Notes: generated by a model from the letters alone, not told the origin. A stretch of DNA of 64,000 bases from Candidatus Latescibacterota bacterium (GCA_965207885.1 OZ242311.1:5536001-5600000); one strand, 5' to 3'. Numbered from the stretch's first letter, positions 27,307 to 38,277 are shown. Numbers and translations: made by a program.

Positions 27307-29640
27307 TCAAGTCTCCTGCATGAGTTTCCAGAGTTTTTCAGGGCGCAAAGGCAGATCGATATGTCGCACACCAAAAGGTTTCAGCGCGTCAATCACCGCA
27401 TTGGCTATCGCGGGCGTGGAACCAATCGTACCCGCTTCGCCCACACCTTTGACACCCATTGGATTGACGGGCGAAGGCGTGACCGTATTCGCCAATTCAA
27501 AGCGCGGGAAATTGTGCGCTTTGGGCAAAGCATAATCCATAAATGAACCGGTGATCATCTGCCCGCTTTCGTCGTAAATGGCTTCCTCGTAAAGGGCTTG
27601 TCCCACCCCCTGTGCAATACCGCCGTGTACCTGGCCTTCAACAATCAGCGGATTGATAATATTCCCGCAATCGTCAACGGCGATATAACGCTGTATCTCG
27701 ACCTCACCCGTATCGGCATCGACCTCGACCACGGCGATGTGCGTACCAAACGGATAGGTAAAGTTTGGCGGCTCAAAAAAGTGCGACTCAGCCAAACCGG
27801 GATCTGTTCCCTCCGGAAGTTCCACACCCACATGGGCCACCATAGCAATTTCGCCCAAAGTGAGACCCGACTCGGGCGCACCCTGAACGCAGTATTTGCC
27901 GTCTTCAATCACAATATCCTGCGGATTGCTCTCGAGCAAATGCGCGGCGATATTGACCACTTTATCTTTCACCTTGCCCATCGCATGCACCATCGCCGTA
28001 CCACCCACAGCCGTCGCGCGACTGCCGAAAGTACCAATACCGTATTGCACCGTATCGGTATCGCCGTGGATAATGCGAATATCGTCAATATCAACGCCTA
28101 AACCATCGGCAATAAGCTGGGCAAAAGTGGTCTCCTGCCCCTGTCCGTGGGGCGATACACCCGTGAGCACAGTAACCTTACCCGTGGGATCTACGCGCAC
28201 AGTGCTGCTTTCCCATCCACCAGCGGGCATCGCAGCAGAAGGACCCATCCCGCAAATCTCCACATAAGTGGAAAATCCAATACCGAGGTACCGACCCTCT
28301 TCGCGTAATTCGGCCTGCTGCTCGCGCAAAGTGTCGTAATCGGCGATCTTGAGCGCTTTATCGAGCGCAGCCGTATAGTCGCCGCTATCATAAGCCAGCG
28401 CAGTTCCCGTTTCATAGGGAAAGGCATCTTTGCCAATAAAGTTTTTGCGCCGCACCTCCAGGGGATCCAGATCCAGATCGTGCGCCACCACATCGATCAT
28501 GCGCTCAATGAGATACGTGGCCTCGGGACGTCCCGCACCCCGATAAGCATCCGTCGCCATTTTATTGGTAAAAGCGGCTGTGAGATTCATCTGCACATTT
28601 TTAAAAGTGTAAGAACCGCACAGCATCAAACCCGTAAGCGTGGGAATGGCTGGCGTGAGCAACTGATAATAAGCCCCCACATCAGCCGTAACCGTGTATT
28701 TGAGACCGAGGATCGTACCGTCGTCTTTCACCGCAAGTTCGACATCCCCAGTCTGATCGCGTCCGTGAATCGTATGCACAAAATTTTCACGCCGCCCTTC
28801 AATCCACTTCACGGGCTGCCCGAGATATTTTGCCATATGCCCGAGCAGGGCTTCTTCGGCATACACATTGAGCTTGCAACCAAAGCCACCACCCACTTCG
28901 GGCGCGATAACGCGCACGTGATTTTCGGCCATACCCAGCATAACGGATATTTGCGTGCGCAAAAGATGGGGAATTTGCGTAGATGACCATAAATTGAGCT
29001 GGTCTTTGCCGGGCAAATATTGGGCAACCACGCCCCGCGTTTCCATAGGATTGGGAACCAGACGTTGATGGTCAATTCGCTGGCTGACGACATGATCGGC
29101 TTCGGCAAAAGCCGCATCAACATCGCCCCCGGCAATACTCCAGGTAAAAGCCATATTATCGTCCCAATCTTCGTGAATAACAGGCGCGCCATCGGCAAAA
29201 GCCGCATCAGCCGAGTTAATAGCATCAAGAGGTTCGTAATCGACCTCAATCAAATCCAGTGCATCTTGAGCAATGTACGCATCAGTCGCTGCAACAGCGG
29301 CGATGGGTTCACCGACAAAACGCACTTTTCCGGTTGCGAGCACGGGATGATGGGGCACCTTAATACCCGGAAATCCCTCCGGATCTGTAGCCGCACAGGG
29401 AATCCCACCAATGACTTCTTGGACATCATCGCCAGTGACAACAGACTTGACGCCGGATAAATTTTGAGCCGCATCGGTATTAACACTATTGATGCGCGCA
29501 TGGGCATAAGGGCTTCGCAAAATCGCGACATGCAACAAATTGGGCAACTTGATGTCATCGACGTAATGAGCAAGGCCCTGAATCAATCGGGGGTCTTCTC
29601 GGCGCTTAATACGGGCGCCAACAGATTTGCTAACAGGCAT
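27307..29640 (-). CDS. coxL: molybdenum hydroxylase large subunit, form II CoxL-like
   Basis: GGGFG, active-site AYRGAGRPEA (form II), KGVGE. Confidence 0.9.
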   Translation of the reverse strand: MPVSKSVGARIKRREDPRLIQGLAHYVDDIKLPNLLHVAILRSPYAHARINSVNTDAAQNLSGVKSVVTGDDVQEVIGGIPCAATDPEGFPGIKVPHHPVLATGKVRFVGEPIAAVAATDAYIAQDALDLIEVDYEPLDAINSADAAFADGAPVIHEDWDDNMAFTWSIAGGDVDAAFAEADHVVSQRIDHQRLVPNPMETRGVVAQYLPGKDQLNLWSSTQIPHLLRTQISVMLGMAENHVRVIAPEVGGGFGCKLNVYAEEALLGHMAKYLGQPVKWIEGRRENFVHTIHGRDQTGDVELAVKDDGTILGLKYTVTADVGAYYQLLTPAIPTLTGLMLCGSYTFKNVQMNLTAAFTNKMATDAYRGAGRPEATYLIERMIDVVAHDLDLDPLEVRRKNFIGKDAFPYETGTALAYDSGDYTAALDKALKIADYDTLREQQAELREEGRYLGIGFSTYVEICGMGPSAAMPAGGWESSTVRVDPTGKVTVLTGVSPHGQGQETTFAQLIADGLGVDIDDIRIIHGDTDTVQYGIGTFGSRATAVGGTAMVHAMGKVKDKVVNIAAHLLESNPQDIVIEDGKYCVQGAPESGLTLGEIAMVAHVGVELPEGTDPGLAESHFFEPPNFTYPFGTHIAVVEVDADTGEVEIQRYIAVDDCGNIINPLIVEGQVHGGIAQGVGQALYEEAIYDESGQMITGSFMDYALPKAHNFPRFELANTVTPSPVNPMGVKGVGEAGTIGSTPAIANAVIDALKPFGVRHIDLPLRPEKLWKLMQET

Positions 29641-29650
29641 GGGGCGCCTC

Positions 29651-30115
29651 CTATGTGGTCATTTTTTTCGATGCGTATTGAACCGCATCGACAATGTGTT
29701 GGTACCCTGTACAGCGGCACAAATTGCCTTCTATACCGCGACGAATATCGGCTTCGCTGGGTTTGGGATTGCGTTCTAAAAGCTGGTGCGCGGCAATAAT
29801 CATGCCCGGGGTACAAAAACCGCACTGCAATCCGTGACACTCCCAGAAGCCCTCCTGAATAGGGTGCAATTCACCATTTTGGGCAAAGCCCTCAATGGTC
29901 GTAATTTCAGCACCATCGGCTTGCACTGCCAAAACCGTACACGATTTGACAGCATCTCCATTGAGCATCACACTGCACGCGCCACATAGGCTGGTCTCGC
30001 AGCCCACATGCGTGCCAGTAAGCCCGACGACATCGCGCAAAAAATGCACGAGCAACATCCGCGGTTCGATGTCGTGGCTTTGATGCTCCCCGTTCACAGT
30101 GACTTCAATTTTCAC
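29651..30115 (-). CDS. coxS: 2Fe-2S subunit (CoxS-like)
   Basis: [27 protein letters not shown]. Confidence 0.93.
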   Translation of the reverse strand: MKIEVTVNGEHQSHDIEPRMLLVHFLRDVVGLTGTHVGCETSLCGACSVMLNGDAVKSCTVLAVQADGAEITTIEGFAQNGELHPIQEGFWECHGLQCGFCTPGMIIAAHQLLERNPKPSEADIRRGIEGNLCRCTGYQHIVDAVQYASKKMTT

Positions 30116-30242
30116 GCAAGCCTCCTTTGAAAAGGGGGGGAAGAAAAAATAAACTTACACTCTACCGCAAGATATGGCGCATGAGAACGCCATGCAAATA
30201 GTTTCTCTAACGCACAGGTGAACCGTCTTGGGATACGACCCA

Positions 30243-31388
30243 TTATTTATTTTTTTCTTCATCTAATTTTTCAAGTGCTTTGCGGGCAGATTCTTGTTTG
30301 GGCCTCCACTTGAGAGCAGTTTGGAACGCCTCGCGAGCCTTTTGGATTTCGTTTTGATGAAGATAAATTTGCCCTATCCGGTTATATGCGTTACCTCTTG
30401 TTCGGTCTGAACCTGGTGGTAGAATTTGCAGACACTCTTTGAAGTATTCAAGACCGAGGTCAAGTCTATCCCCAGATTCCGCTAATATGCGTCCCAAAGC
30501 GTATAATGCATTCATTTTACGTGCTTGAAATGTTATTATCTTTTCAAATGATGAAATAGTTGTATTGCGCCTTACCGATAGGGAATCGGTCGTTATCTGG
30601 AGACATTGTTCCGCAGCGCGATATGCTCGATCAGGTTGTTTGAGACTCAGCAAATAGGTACGGAGCGTACTTAAGGCACGACTGGAAAAAGGGTGTTGTT
30701 GCACATAAGATTCGAGCAACTCAACGGCTTCTTCACGACGTTCTGTTTGCCAGAGATGCTCGCCAAGCCATAAAACGGGCCGGGGGCTGGATGGGGCTTT
30801 TTCTAATGCGGTTCTCAACTCCTGTTCGGCTTTATCCCACTCATCCCTGCTGCGATAAATTTCAGCTTGTTCTGCATACCCCCTGATGGGATCGCGCATC
30901 TTAATCTGATCGGCCAGATTTTGTGCTTCTTCTTTTTTTCCCCCTACAATACCCGGTGCTTCAAGATGATATCTTATCAAGTAAAACCGCGCTTCAATAT
31001 GGTCTGGATCCAGAGCAATGACTTTTTCCATGGCTTTTTTTGTATTGCGAGCGTGTCCAAACCTCTTGAAAATGCTGGCTGTCACCGCTTTTTCACCATA
31101 CATTTGTCCCAGCCACCAGTAATAATTGGCATTGTGGGGATCGAATTTAGCGGCTTTCTCAAAATGGTCAACAGCATCATCTAATCTATTATCCCAAAAT
31201 GCTAATCGACCTAAAAGAAAGTGTATCTCGCCTTTATCCGACGATGTTTTTAGAAGCGTTTGTAAATGCGCCTCTGCTTTCTCATAGTGTCCGGCAATAA
31301 ATGCGTCGAAAACCTGGCGCAACGACGCATCGGCCTGCCCCATCAAGAGTAGAAACCACAGAGCCAGAATTAAATATCTCAAACGCAT
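30243..31388 (-). CDS. exported tetratricopeptide repeat protein
   Basis: Signal peptide MRLRYLILALWFLLLMGQADA; multiple TPR units; APGIVGG motif. Confidence 0.85.
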   Translation of the reverse strand: MRLRYLILALWFLLLMGQADASLRQVFDAFIAGHYEKAEAHLQTLLKTSSDKGEIHFLLGRLAFWDNRLDDAVDHFEKAAKFDPHNANYYWWLGQMYGEKAVTASIFKRFGHARNTKKAMEKVIALDPDHIEARFYLIRYHLEAPGIVGGKKEEAQNLADQIKMRDPIRGYAEQAEIYRSRDEWDKAEQELRTALEKAPSSPRPVLWLGEHLWQTERREEAVELLESYVQQHPFSSRALSTLRTYLLSLKQPDRAYRAAEQCLQITTDSLSVRRNTTISSFEKIITFQARKMNALYALGRILAESGDRLDLGLEYFKECLQILPPGSDRTRGNAYNRIGQIYLHQNEIQKAREAFQTALKWRPKQESARKALEKLDEEKNK

Positions 31389-31452
31389 TATTTTTAACCC
31401 CTTTCGTAATTTGGCGAGATAGCAACTACCCATTATACAACAGGAGAAACCC

Positions 31453-32061
31453 ATGAAAACACTTTACTACGTCGCCGACCCCATGTGTTCGTGGTGCTGG
31501 GGATTTCAGCCAGTATTGGAAAAAATAAAAAAAGCCGTACCCGAAAAGTTATCACCCGTATATATCATGGGAGGATTGGCGCGCGACACCGATGAACCCA
31601 TGCCCGATGTGATGCAGGCACATATCCAGCGCGCATGGCGCGAAGTAGCGACGATAACAGGCGCGAATTTTAACTGGGACTTTTGGGAAAAATGCAAACC
31701 GCGGCGATGCACATATCCCTCTTGCAGGGCATTTTATGCGGCTCAAAATCAGGGAGCGGGAACTGAAATGTTCGAGGCAATTCAATGCGCCTATTACCAG
31801 GCAGCGCGCAACCCCTCAGATGTAGAGGTCCTCGTCGCATTGGCGGGTGAAATCGGATTAGACACACAGCGATTTGCCCGCGATCTATCCTCACCCGAAA
31901 CAGAACAACAGATGCAAGATGGATTTAATATCAGGCGGTCAATGAATGCCAATCAATTTCCAAGTCTCGTCGTAAGAAACAACGCGTCCGTAACCTTCAT
32001 CACCAGAGGGTATAACGATGCGGAAACCGTATTGGCCTACCTGCACGCCGCACTAAAATAA
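31453..32061 (+). CDS. DsbA/FrnE-family protein
   Basis: YYVADPMCSWCWGF, cis-Pro FPSL. Confidence 0.9.
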   Translation: MKTLYYVADPMCSWCWGFQPVLEKIKKAVPEKLSPVYIMGGLARDTDEPMPDVMQAHIQRAWREVATITGANFNWDFWEKCKPRRCTYPSCRAFYAAQNQGAGTEMFEAIQCAYYQAARNPSDVEVLVALAGEIGLDTQRFARDLSSPETEQQMQDGFNIRRSMNANQFPSLVVRNNASVTFITRGYNDAETVLAYLHAALK

Positions 32062-32122
32062 AAAAATCCGCTATAGACCCTCTCGCATCTTACTTAGCGG
32101 ATTGGACGGACTTAAAGCTAAC

Positions 32123-32728
32123 CTATTCCCAGAGCCTGCGAACATCGAGGTCAAAATTGGGCAACAGGGGATCGCCAGAAATGGTTTCCGGATCAGACAG
32201 ACAAACGACCTCTTCACCTGGACGATAGACATAAACATTTCGCTCTCTCGGATCGATAAGCCAGCCGAGTTGAGCGCCATTATCGATATATTCCTGCATC
32301 TTATCTTTTATCGTCTCAAGGCGATCCGTACGAGAAAGCAGTTCGACGACAAAATCGGGACAAATCGGAGCAAACTCCTCCTGCTCATCTACTGAAAGCA
32401 CCTCCCATCGCTCTTTTCGAATCCACGCCAGATCGGGAGCACGAACAGCGCCATTGGGAAGCGTAAAACCAGCGGATGAATCAAAACCAAAACCCGTTTC
32501 ATCAGATTGCATCCAAATACCAAATTGGACAAGAAGTCCAAAATTCCGCTGCCCAGATTTGCTCCCCGTTGGTGGCATAATAATTATATCTCCATCGCAA
32601 TTAAGTTCCATTCTTAAATCAGGATTGGCCTGGCAAAATTCAAAAAACTCATGCCTGTCCATGCGCAATACAGACCCGAAATGAAGCGTAAGAGCATCCT
32701 GGCCTGTTTGTAATGCAACCGCACTCAT
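32123..32728 (-). CDS. Uma2 family endonuclease
   Basis: FDSSAGFTLPNGAVRAPD, CPDFVVEL, KMQEYIDNGAQLGWLIDP. Confidence 0.92.
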   Translation of the reverse strand: MSAVALQTGQDALTLHFGSVLRMDRHEFFEFCQANPDLRMELNCDGDIIIMPPTGSKSGQRNFGLLVQFGIWMQSDETGFGFDSSAGFTLPNGAVRAPDLAWIRKERWEVLSVDEQEEFAPICPDFVVELLSRTDRLETIKDKMQEYIDNGAQLGWLIDPRERNVYVYRPGEEVVCLSDPETISGDPLLPNFDLDVRRLWE

Positions 32729-32930
32729 GGAAAATCCTCCGAATGTAAAAATTAAAAGGGTCTTTTCTGCTTATTCTAAAAAATACTCACAACCCGAACT
32801 TTGTGCAACCCGATAAGCGTGTATTTCTCGTACATTCACACCACGGCGAACATCGCCTTGACATCCATAAGAAGTTTTGAAATATTAGGGAATTATATTT
32901 CCAACCGAAAACGGGAAGGAGAGCGCAGAA

Positions 32931-33296
32931 ATGGCCGACCAAAACATACCGACACAAGATCAACAAAACGAATTGTTATTCATGCAATTGGTCATGATGT
33001 TTCAGGGCATGGCATTGCAAAACCTGGGCAAAGTGATGAACCCGGTAACCAACCAGATCGAGCGCAACCTGGAACAGGCCAAAAACATGATTGACATCCT
33101 GGGCATGCTGGACGAAAAAACAAAAGGCAACTTAAACGACAACGAGCAAAGATTAATGGAACACATATTATTTGAACTGCGGATGAATTATGTAGATGAA
33201 CTCAAAAAGGACGACGCATCAGAAGAGCAGACATCAGAAGAGCAAGCAGAAGATAATACCACTGAAAACGAAGCTCCTGAGGAGGAAAAAAATTGA
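32931..33296 (+). CDS. DUF1844 family protein
   Basis: LGKVMNPVT..NLEQAKNMIDILGMLDEKTKGNL..LFELRMNYV. Confidence 0.85.
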   Translation: MADQNIPTQDQQNELLFMQLVMMFQGMALQNLGKVMNPVTNQIERNLEQAKNMIDILGMLDEKTKGNLNDNEQRLMEHILFELRMNYVDELKKDDASEEQTSEEQAEDNTTENEAPEEEKN

Positions 33297-33805
33297 TCAC
33301 ATCCCAAAAGTGGTCGGCTTGCTGCTTACTCCTCATCATGTATCTACCCTTGAGTTGTGCTTATTACTCCACATCTGCCACGGGCAGTGGTGGCATCCGC
33401 TCCGTCGCTGTACCGCTGCTCGACAATGAAAGTCTCGAAGCCGGTATTCACCAGGCACTAACAGACAGCTTAATTCAGGGATTTGTCTCTGATGGTGCCC
33501 TGCGCGTAGTCGAAGAAGATCAGGCAGATGCCGTATTGCAAGGCACTGTCCTCGAAATCAAAGAAGAACCCTTTACCTATGGCGGTCAAGCGAGTGCCGA
33601 ACAATATCAAATCTCCGTCTATGTAAAAATGGCTTTCTACGACGCGCGGGAAAAACAAACACTCTGGGAAATTGAACGCATGCGCGGCTACGGCATCTAC
33701 GACGCGGCAAGCCAACGCGACCTCGCCCGCACGCAAGGCATCGGCGACGCGCTGCGAATGCTCTCCAAAGATGTCGTAGATCGAACACAAGTAGGAGGAT
33801 GGTGA
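33293..33805 (+). CDS. LptE-like lipoprotein
   Basis: Lipobox LSC, IRSVAVP, ADAVLQGTV. Confidence 0.75.
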   Translation: MITSQKWSACCLLLIMYLPLSCAYYSTSATGSGGIRSVAVPLLDNESLEAGIHQALTDSLIQGFVSDGALRVVEEDQADAVLQGTVLEIKEEPFTYGGQASAEQYQISVYVKMAFYDAREKQTLWEIERMRGYGIYDAASQRDLARTQGIGDALRMLSKDVVDRTQVGGW

Positions 33806-33808
33806 CGT

Positions 33809-34747
33809 ATGCCTGAAGAAAACGTAATCGTCGATGACTTCATGCAATTGATCGGCGGTACGCCACTAATTCGCTTAAACAACCTGGCGACATCCGACAT
33901 GGCCGAAATCGTCGTCAAAATGGAATCTCTGAATCCGGCTCGCACGGTAAAAGATCGCATAGCCCTATCCATGATCGATGCCGCAGAACGCGACGGACAC
34001 TTAAAGCCCGGCATGACCATCGTCGAGCCAACCAGTGGCAACACCGGCATTGGTCTGGCAATGGTCGCAACCGCGCGAGGTTATCGCCTCATACTAACCA
34101 TGCCCGACTCCATGAGCCGGGAACGACGCGACCTGCTCGAAAGTTACGGCGCCGAATTGATATTAACACCGGGCGACCTCGACATGCCCGGCGCTGTCGC
34201 AGAAGCCGAACGAATCGTCAACGAATCACCCGAAACGACCTTTATGCCGCAACAATTCAACAACCCTGCCAACCCGGAAATACACCGCCAAACCACAGCT
34301 CGGGAAATATTAGAAGCCGTTGACGGTCACCTCGACGCCTTTGTCGCAGGCATAGGCACGGGAGGAACCATCACAGGCGTGGGCGAAGTCTTAAAAGCCG
34401 CATTAGACCATGTGCGCGTAATCGCAGTCGAACCCGCCAAATCCCCAGTCCTATCGGGCGGAGAGCCAGCACTACACGGCATCCAGGGCATCGGCGCGGG
34501 ATTCGTACCCTCCGTACTCAACCGCGACATCTTTGACGCACTTATATGCGTACGCGACGAAGACGCCATCAAAACGGCTCGCAAACTCGGTCGCGAAGAA
34601 GGCATTTTGGCCGGCATATCCGCCGGGGCAAATGTATTCGCCGCCCTGCAAATCGCCCGCGACCTGGGACCGGGCAAGCGGGTCGCAACCATAATCTGCG
34701 ACTCGGGCGAGCGGTACTTCAGCGTACCTGAATTCTTACAAGCATAG
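33809..34747 (+). CDS. cysK: cysteine synthase A
   Basis: IGGTPL, VKDRIA, EPTSGNTG, GTGGT, IQGIGAG. Confidence 0.93.
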   Translation: MPEENVIVDDFMQLIGGTPLIRLNNLATSDMAEIVVKMESLNPARTVKDRIALSMIDAAERDGHLKPGMTIVEPTSGNTGIGLAMVATARGYRLILTMPDSMSRERRDLLESYGAELILTPGDLDMPGAVAEAERIVNESPETTFMPQQFNNPANPEIHRQTTAREILEAVDGHLDAFVAGIGTGGTITGVGEVLKAALDHVRVIAVEPAKSPVLSGGEPALHGIQGIGAGFVPSVLNRDIFDALICVRDEDAIKTARKLGREEGILAGISAGANVFAALQIARDLGPGKRVATIICDSGERYFSVPEFLQA

Positions 34748-34776
34748 TTTGAACCCACTTACAACCGGAGATACTC

Positions 34777-35823
34777 ATGAGCAATATCCCCAATTATTTG
34801 AAAAATTACGCCGACCTCTACGCCGACAACCCGCGTGCTGCTGCACTACAATGGTTCCGCGAAGCGCGTTACGGCCTGTTCTTACACTACGGACTCTACT
34901 CTCTAATAGGGCGACACGAATGGGTACAATTGCGAGAACTCATACCCGTTGCCGAATACGCAAAACTCATAGACGACTTCACCGCTGAAAACTTCGATGC
35001 CGAGCGCATCGCGCAATTTGCCGTTGACTGCGAGATGAAATACATCAACATCACCACGCGGCATCACGACTCATTCTGCTTATTCGACACAGCGGAAACG
35101 GACTTTAACAGCACCAATGCCCCAGCGGGCCTCGACTTGATCAAAGAACTGGCCGAAGCGTGTGATCGACACGCACTCGGATTGTGTTTGTACTACTCCC
35201 ATGGACGAGATTGGAAACATCCACATGCCCCCAACAACGACGAATGGGGTGGACAGGCAAGACCCAAATACGACCCGCCCGAACCGAGCTATGCCACTGG
35301 CTCCGCGCACAACCTGCAAATATATCTCGACTTTATGCAGGCGCAAATCACAGAACTACTCACAAATTACGGACCCGTAGCCGCAATCTGGCTGGACGGG
35401 GTTGCCGTTCCCAACAACGGCGACAAAGCAAAATTTAAGAGTCAGGAACTCTACGACTATATCCACAGCGTACAACCACAGGTACTCGTCTCCTACAAAC
35501 AGGGCTTGCTGGGCACCGAAGACTTTCAGGCACCCGAACATCAGGCCGTAGAACAGGCAAACAAACCCATGGAAATCTGCACGACAATGTGTTCTGGACC
35601 AGGAGGAAAAGGCGTATCCTGGGGCTATCTCGCCGAAGGAGGCCACCACAAAACTGAGGAAGAAGTTTGGACGGCACTGACAGCAGCGCGGGAAAGCGGT
35701 TGCAATCTATTGTTAAACACCGGACCCCTGCCTGATGGATCACTCGACGAAAAAGATGTACCAGTACTGCTCGCAGTGGGCGAACGCATTCGCAAAGAGG
35801 GATTTCCCGGAGAAGGAGCCTGA
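34777..35823 (+). CDS. alpha-L-fucosidase (GH29), no signal peptide
   Basis: WFREARYGLFLHYG, TTRHHDSF, IWLDG, NLLLNTGP. Confidence 0.9.
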   Translation: MSNIPNYLKNYADLYADNPRAAALQWFREARYGLFLHYGLYSLIGRHEWVQLRELIPVAEYAKLIDDFTAENFDAERIAQFAVDCEMKYINITTRHHDSFCLFDTAETDFNSTNAPAGLDLIKELAEACDRHALGLCLYYSHGRDWKHPHAPNNDEWGGQARPKYDPPEPSYATGSAHNLQIYLDFMQAQITELLTNYGPVAAIWLDGVAVPNNGDKAKFKSQELYDYIHSVQPQVLVSYKQGLLGTEDFQAPEHQAVEQANKPMEICTTMCSGPGGKGVSWGYLAEGGHHKTEEEVWTALTAARESGCNLLLNTGPLPDGSLDEKDVPVLLAVGERIRKEGFPGEGA

Positions 35824-35827
35824 CTTT

Positions 35828-37783
35828 GTGTCAGTTCAAACAACCGACATACAGGAACCCCAACCCCTGACACAACGATCGCCCTGGTGGGCAATTGCAT
35901 TGGCTGTATTGATCACCGTATCAATCAACGCAATCATACCCTATACCCATCACTACATGCACACCATATCACTGGTCGAAGGCATGATACCGATGGGTAT
36001 TTTTATGCCATTTTTGGTACTGATCTTTATCGTAAACCCCGCGCTGCGCGCTCTGGGATATGCATTACAGCCCTGGGAATTGATTTTCATTTTTGCGGTA
36101 GGCTATGTGAGCATGTCCATCAATGAACTGCTCGGGCGCGTACTGGCAACCTATGCCGTAATGCACTACATGGCAACGCCGGAAAACCTCTGGGAAGAAT
36201 ACGTCTTTGGCCTCGTCCAACCCTATCTCGTAGTCGAAGATGCCAAAGATCAACTGGCCTGGTTTTACGAGGGCTTGCCTCGCAACGCAACGATCCCCTG
36301 GGCAATCTGGATACGCCCCACATTCTGGTGGCTGAGCTTTATCGCTGCGCTCGGCCTGGGATCAGTCGCACTGGCGACAATCCTGCGCCGGCAATGGGTC
36401 GAACAAGAACGATTGCCATTCCCCTTTGCGCAAGTAGCCGAAGAACTCGCCGAAACAGCGGGACCAAAGGGATTTCCCGAATACATGAAACAGCCGCTAT
36501 TCTGGGCTGGCTTTTCCATTCCCGCAGTTATCGTCCTGTGGTACATCATCGGCTACTTCGATCCCAGCTTCCCCGTAATTACCATAGGAATCCAAAATTA
36601 CACGATCTCATTGGGACGGTACGTACCCTTCCTGCACGGGCGGCTCAACTTTTTAATTATTGGATTTGCGTACTTTACCGATCTACAGGTCTTATTTTCC
36701 ATCTGGATATTCTGGGTACTCACCTGGCTTCAAATAGGGATGACCAATCGGCTGGGCCTGGCAGAGGGCCTAGGCGAATTTGCTGGCACGCGACAGCAAG
36801 CACTGGGGGGATTTATCGTCTTTTGTCTGTGGGGATTGTGGATTGCGCGAACCCACATAAAGGCAGTATTTCAACAGGCATTTCGTCAAACAAAAAACAT
36901 GGACGACCAGAACGAATTGATGTCCTACCGCACTGCAGTCGCCACATTTCTCGCCTGTGCTCTATTTGCCATGTTCTGGTTATTCAAAGGAGGGATGACA
37001 CCGTTTTGGGCCGTATTGGTCACGGTGTTCTGGTTTGTTTTTTACACTGGATTTGCCAAAATCGTAGCAATGACCGGACTCGTATTCCTGGAATCGCCCA
37101 GCAGCCTGGGCACCGGCATTATGGGATTCGCACCGCCCGATTCACTGTCGCCAAACACAATTGCCATGCGGCAACAAGTGGGCAGCATGTATCAAAATGG
37201 CAAAAGCTTCACCATGCCCGCTGCCGCCCATGCCGCCCGGTTGAGCATCAACCTGGGCAATCGGGCACGCGTACTGGGCTTGACCATCGCATTTGCATTT
37301 GTATTTTCGCTCATCGCCGCCGCCGCATCGACAATTTATCTGGGCTATACCGACGGCGCATTCAATTTTGGCTCGTACATGTTCCGAGTTGCCGCGCCGC
37401 GTTACTACGACGGCATTGTATCGTCCATCCGCGACATTGGCAAAGAGACCCACTACGGTCTTCGGATGGCATTTACGGCATTTGGCGCGCTGACAATGGG
37501 CATCTTAACCCTCTGCCAATACCGATTCACCTGGTGGCCTCTCCATCCCATCGGCTTTACAGTCGTAACCTTCTATTCGGCGCGCACCGCCATTTTATCC
37601 GTATTTCTAACCTGGCTGATTAAATTTATCATCTTCCGCCTGGGAGGAATCGCGCTGTATCGCAGGGCAAAACCCTTTTTCATCGGCATGATCGTGGGAT
37701 ACACCCTATCGCTCATCGTGAGCATGGGCGTCGATCTCATCTGGTTCCCCGGGCAAGGGCACAATCTGTATTGGGGGGACTAA
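35828..37783 (+). CDS. DUF6785/DUF6784 polytopic membrane protein (putative transporter)
   Basis: Many TM helices; LRRQWVEQERLPFP, WWPLHPIG, LYRRAKPFFIG motifs. Confidence 0.75.
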   Translation: MSVQTTDIQEPQPLTQRSPWWAIALAVLITVSINAIIPYTHHYMHTISLVEGMIPMGIFMPFLVLIFIVNPALRALGYALQPWELIFIFAVGYVSMSINELLGRVLATYAVMHYMATPENLWEEYVFGLVQPYLVVEDAKDQLAWFYEGLPRNATIPWAIWIRPTFWWLSFIAALGLGSVALATILRRQWVEQERLPFPFAQVAEELAETAGPKGFPEYMKQPLFWAGFSIPAVIVLWYIIGYFDPSFPVITIGIQNYTISLGRYVPFLHGRLNFLIIGFAYFTDLQVLFSIWIFWVLTWLQIGMTNRLGLAEGLGEFAGTRQQALGGFIVFCLWGLWIARTHIKAVFQQAFRQTKNMDDQNELMSYRTAVATFLACALFAMFWLFKGGMTPFWAVLVTVFWFVFYTGFAKIVAMTGLVFLESPSSLGTGIMGFAPPDSLSPNTIAMRQQVGSMYQNGKSFTMPAAAHAARLSINLGNRARVLGLTIAFAFVFSLIAAAASTIYLGYTDGAFNFGSYMFRVAAPRYYDGIVSSIRDIGKETHYGLRMAFTAFGALTMGILTLCQYRFTWWPLHPIGFTVVTFYSARTAILSVFLTWLIKFIIFRLGGIALYRRAKPFFIGMIVGYTLSLIVSMGVDLIWFPGQGHNLYWGD

Positions 37784-38277
37784 ACTTCAAACACCTGCGA
37801 CACCCAATCGGACAATCGGGTATTGAGCGGTTTTAACATCACCAGCGCATCTTCGCGAGGGTGTGTATAATACGCTTTTCTGATCGCTATAGTCTCAAAC
37901 CCCATCTTCTTATAGAGATCGATCGCAGCACAATTGGACATACGCACCTCCAAAGACACCACCTGCGCCATTTTCTCCAACAGATCAAATACAGCTTTCA
38001 GCGTTTTTCTGCCCAGCCCCTTTCTTTGAAAATCAGGCGCAATAGCCAAATTCACCAGATGAAATTCCCGACCAATCAAAAAACCCACAACATAGCCCGC
38101 AATCTCGCACTCGACCATAACCACCCGGCAAAAACTATTTTCGCGATTTCGCGCAAACTCAAAATCGCGGCGTTTCCATGGAGCGGGAAAAACAGCCTTT
38201 TCAATTTTTATAACCTGGTCGAGATGCGCAGGGATCATCTCCACCAGCACGGGTGTCATCGAATTATCCATCACCAC
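37780..38277 (-). CDS. rimI: ribosomal protein alanine N-acetyltransferase
   Basis: LEVRMSN..AIDLYKKMGF..RKAYY..EDALVM; follows tsaB; start uncertain. Confidence 0.88.
   Translation of the reverse strand: MVMDNSMTPVLVEMIPAHLDQVIKIEKAVFPAPWKRRDFEFARNRENSFCRVVMVECEIAGYVVGFLIGREFHLVNLAIAPDFQRKGLGRKTLKAVFDLLEKMAQVVSLEVRMSNCAAIDLYKKMGFETIAIRKAYYTHPREDALVMLKPLNTRLSDWVSQVFEV

Noticed and set aside
27307-29640. True (form I) CO dehydrogenase
   Set aside because: Active-site motif is AYRGAGR, not AYXCSFR, and gene order is S-L-M
32797-32825. RpoE-type promoter GAACTT-16-CGTGTA upstream of DUF1844-lptE
   Set aside because: Plausible, but the motif is too short to support without TSS data, and a TTGACA box lies closer to the gene
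36328-37623. 431-aa alternative-frame ORF and other long shadow ORFs (e.g. 13868-14905, 1465-2253)
   Set aside because: Fully overlap well-supported genes and show no recognisable motifs
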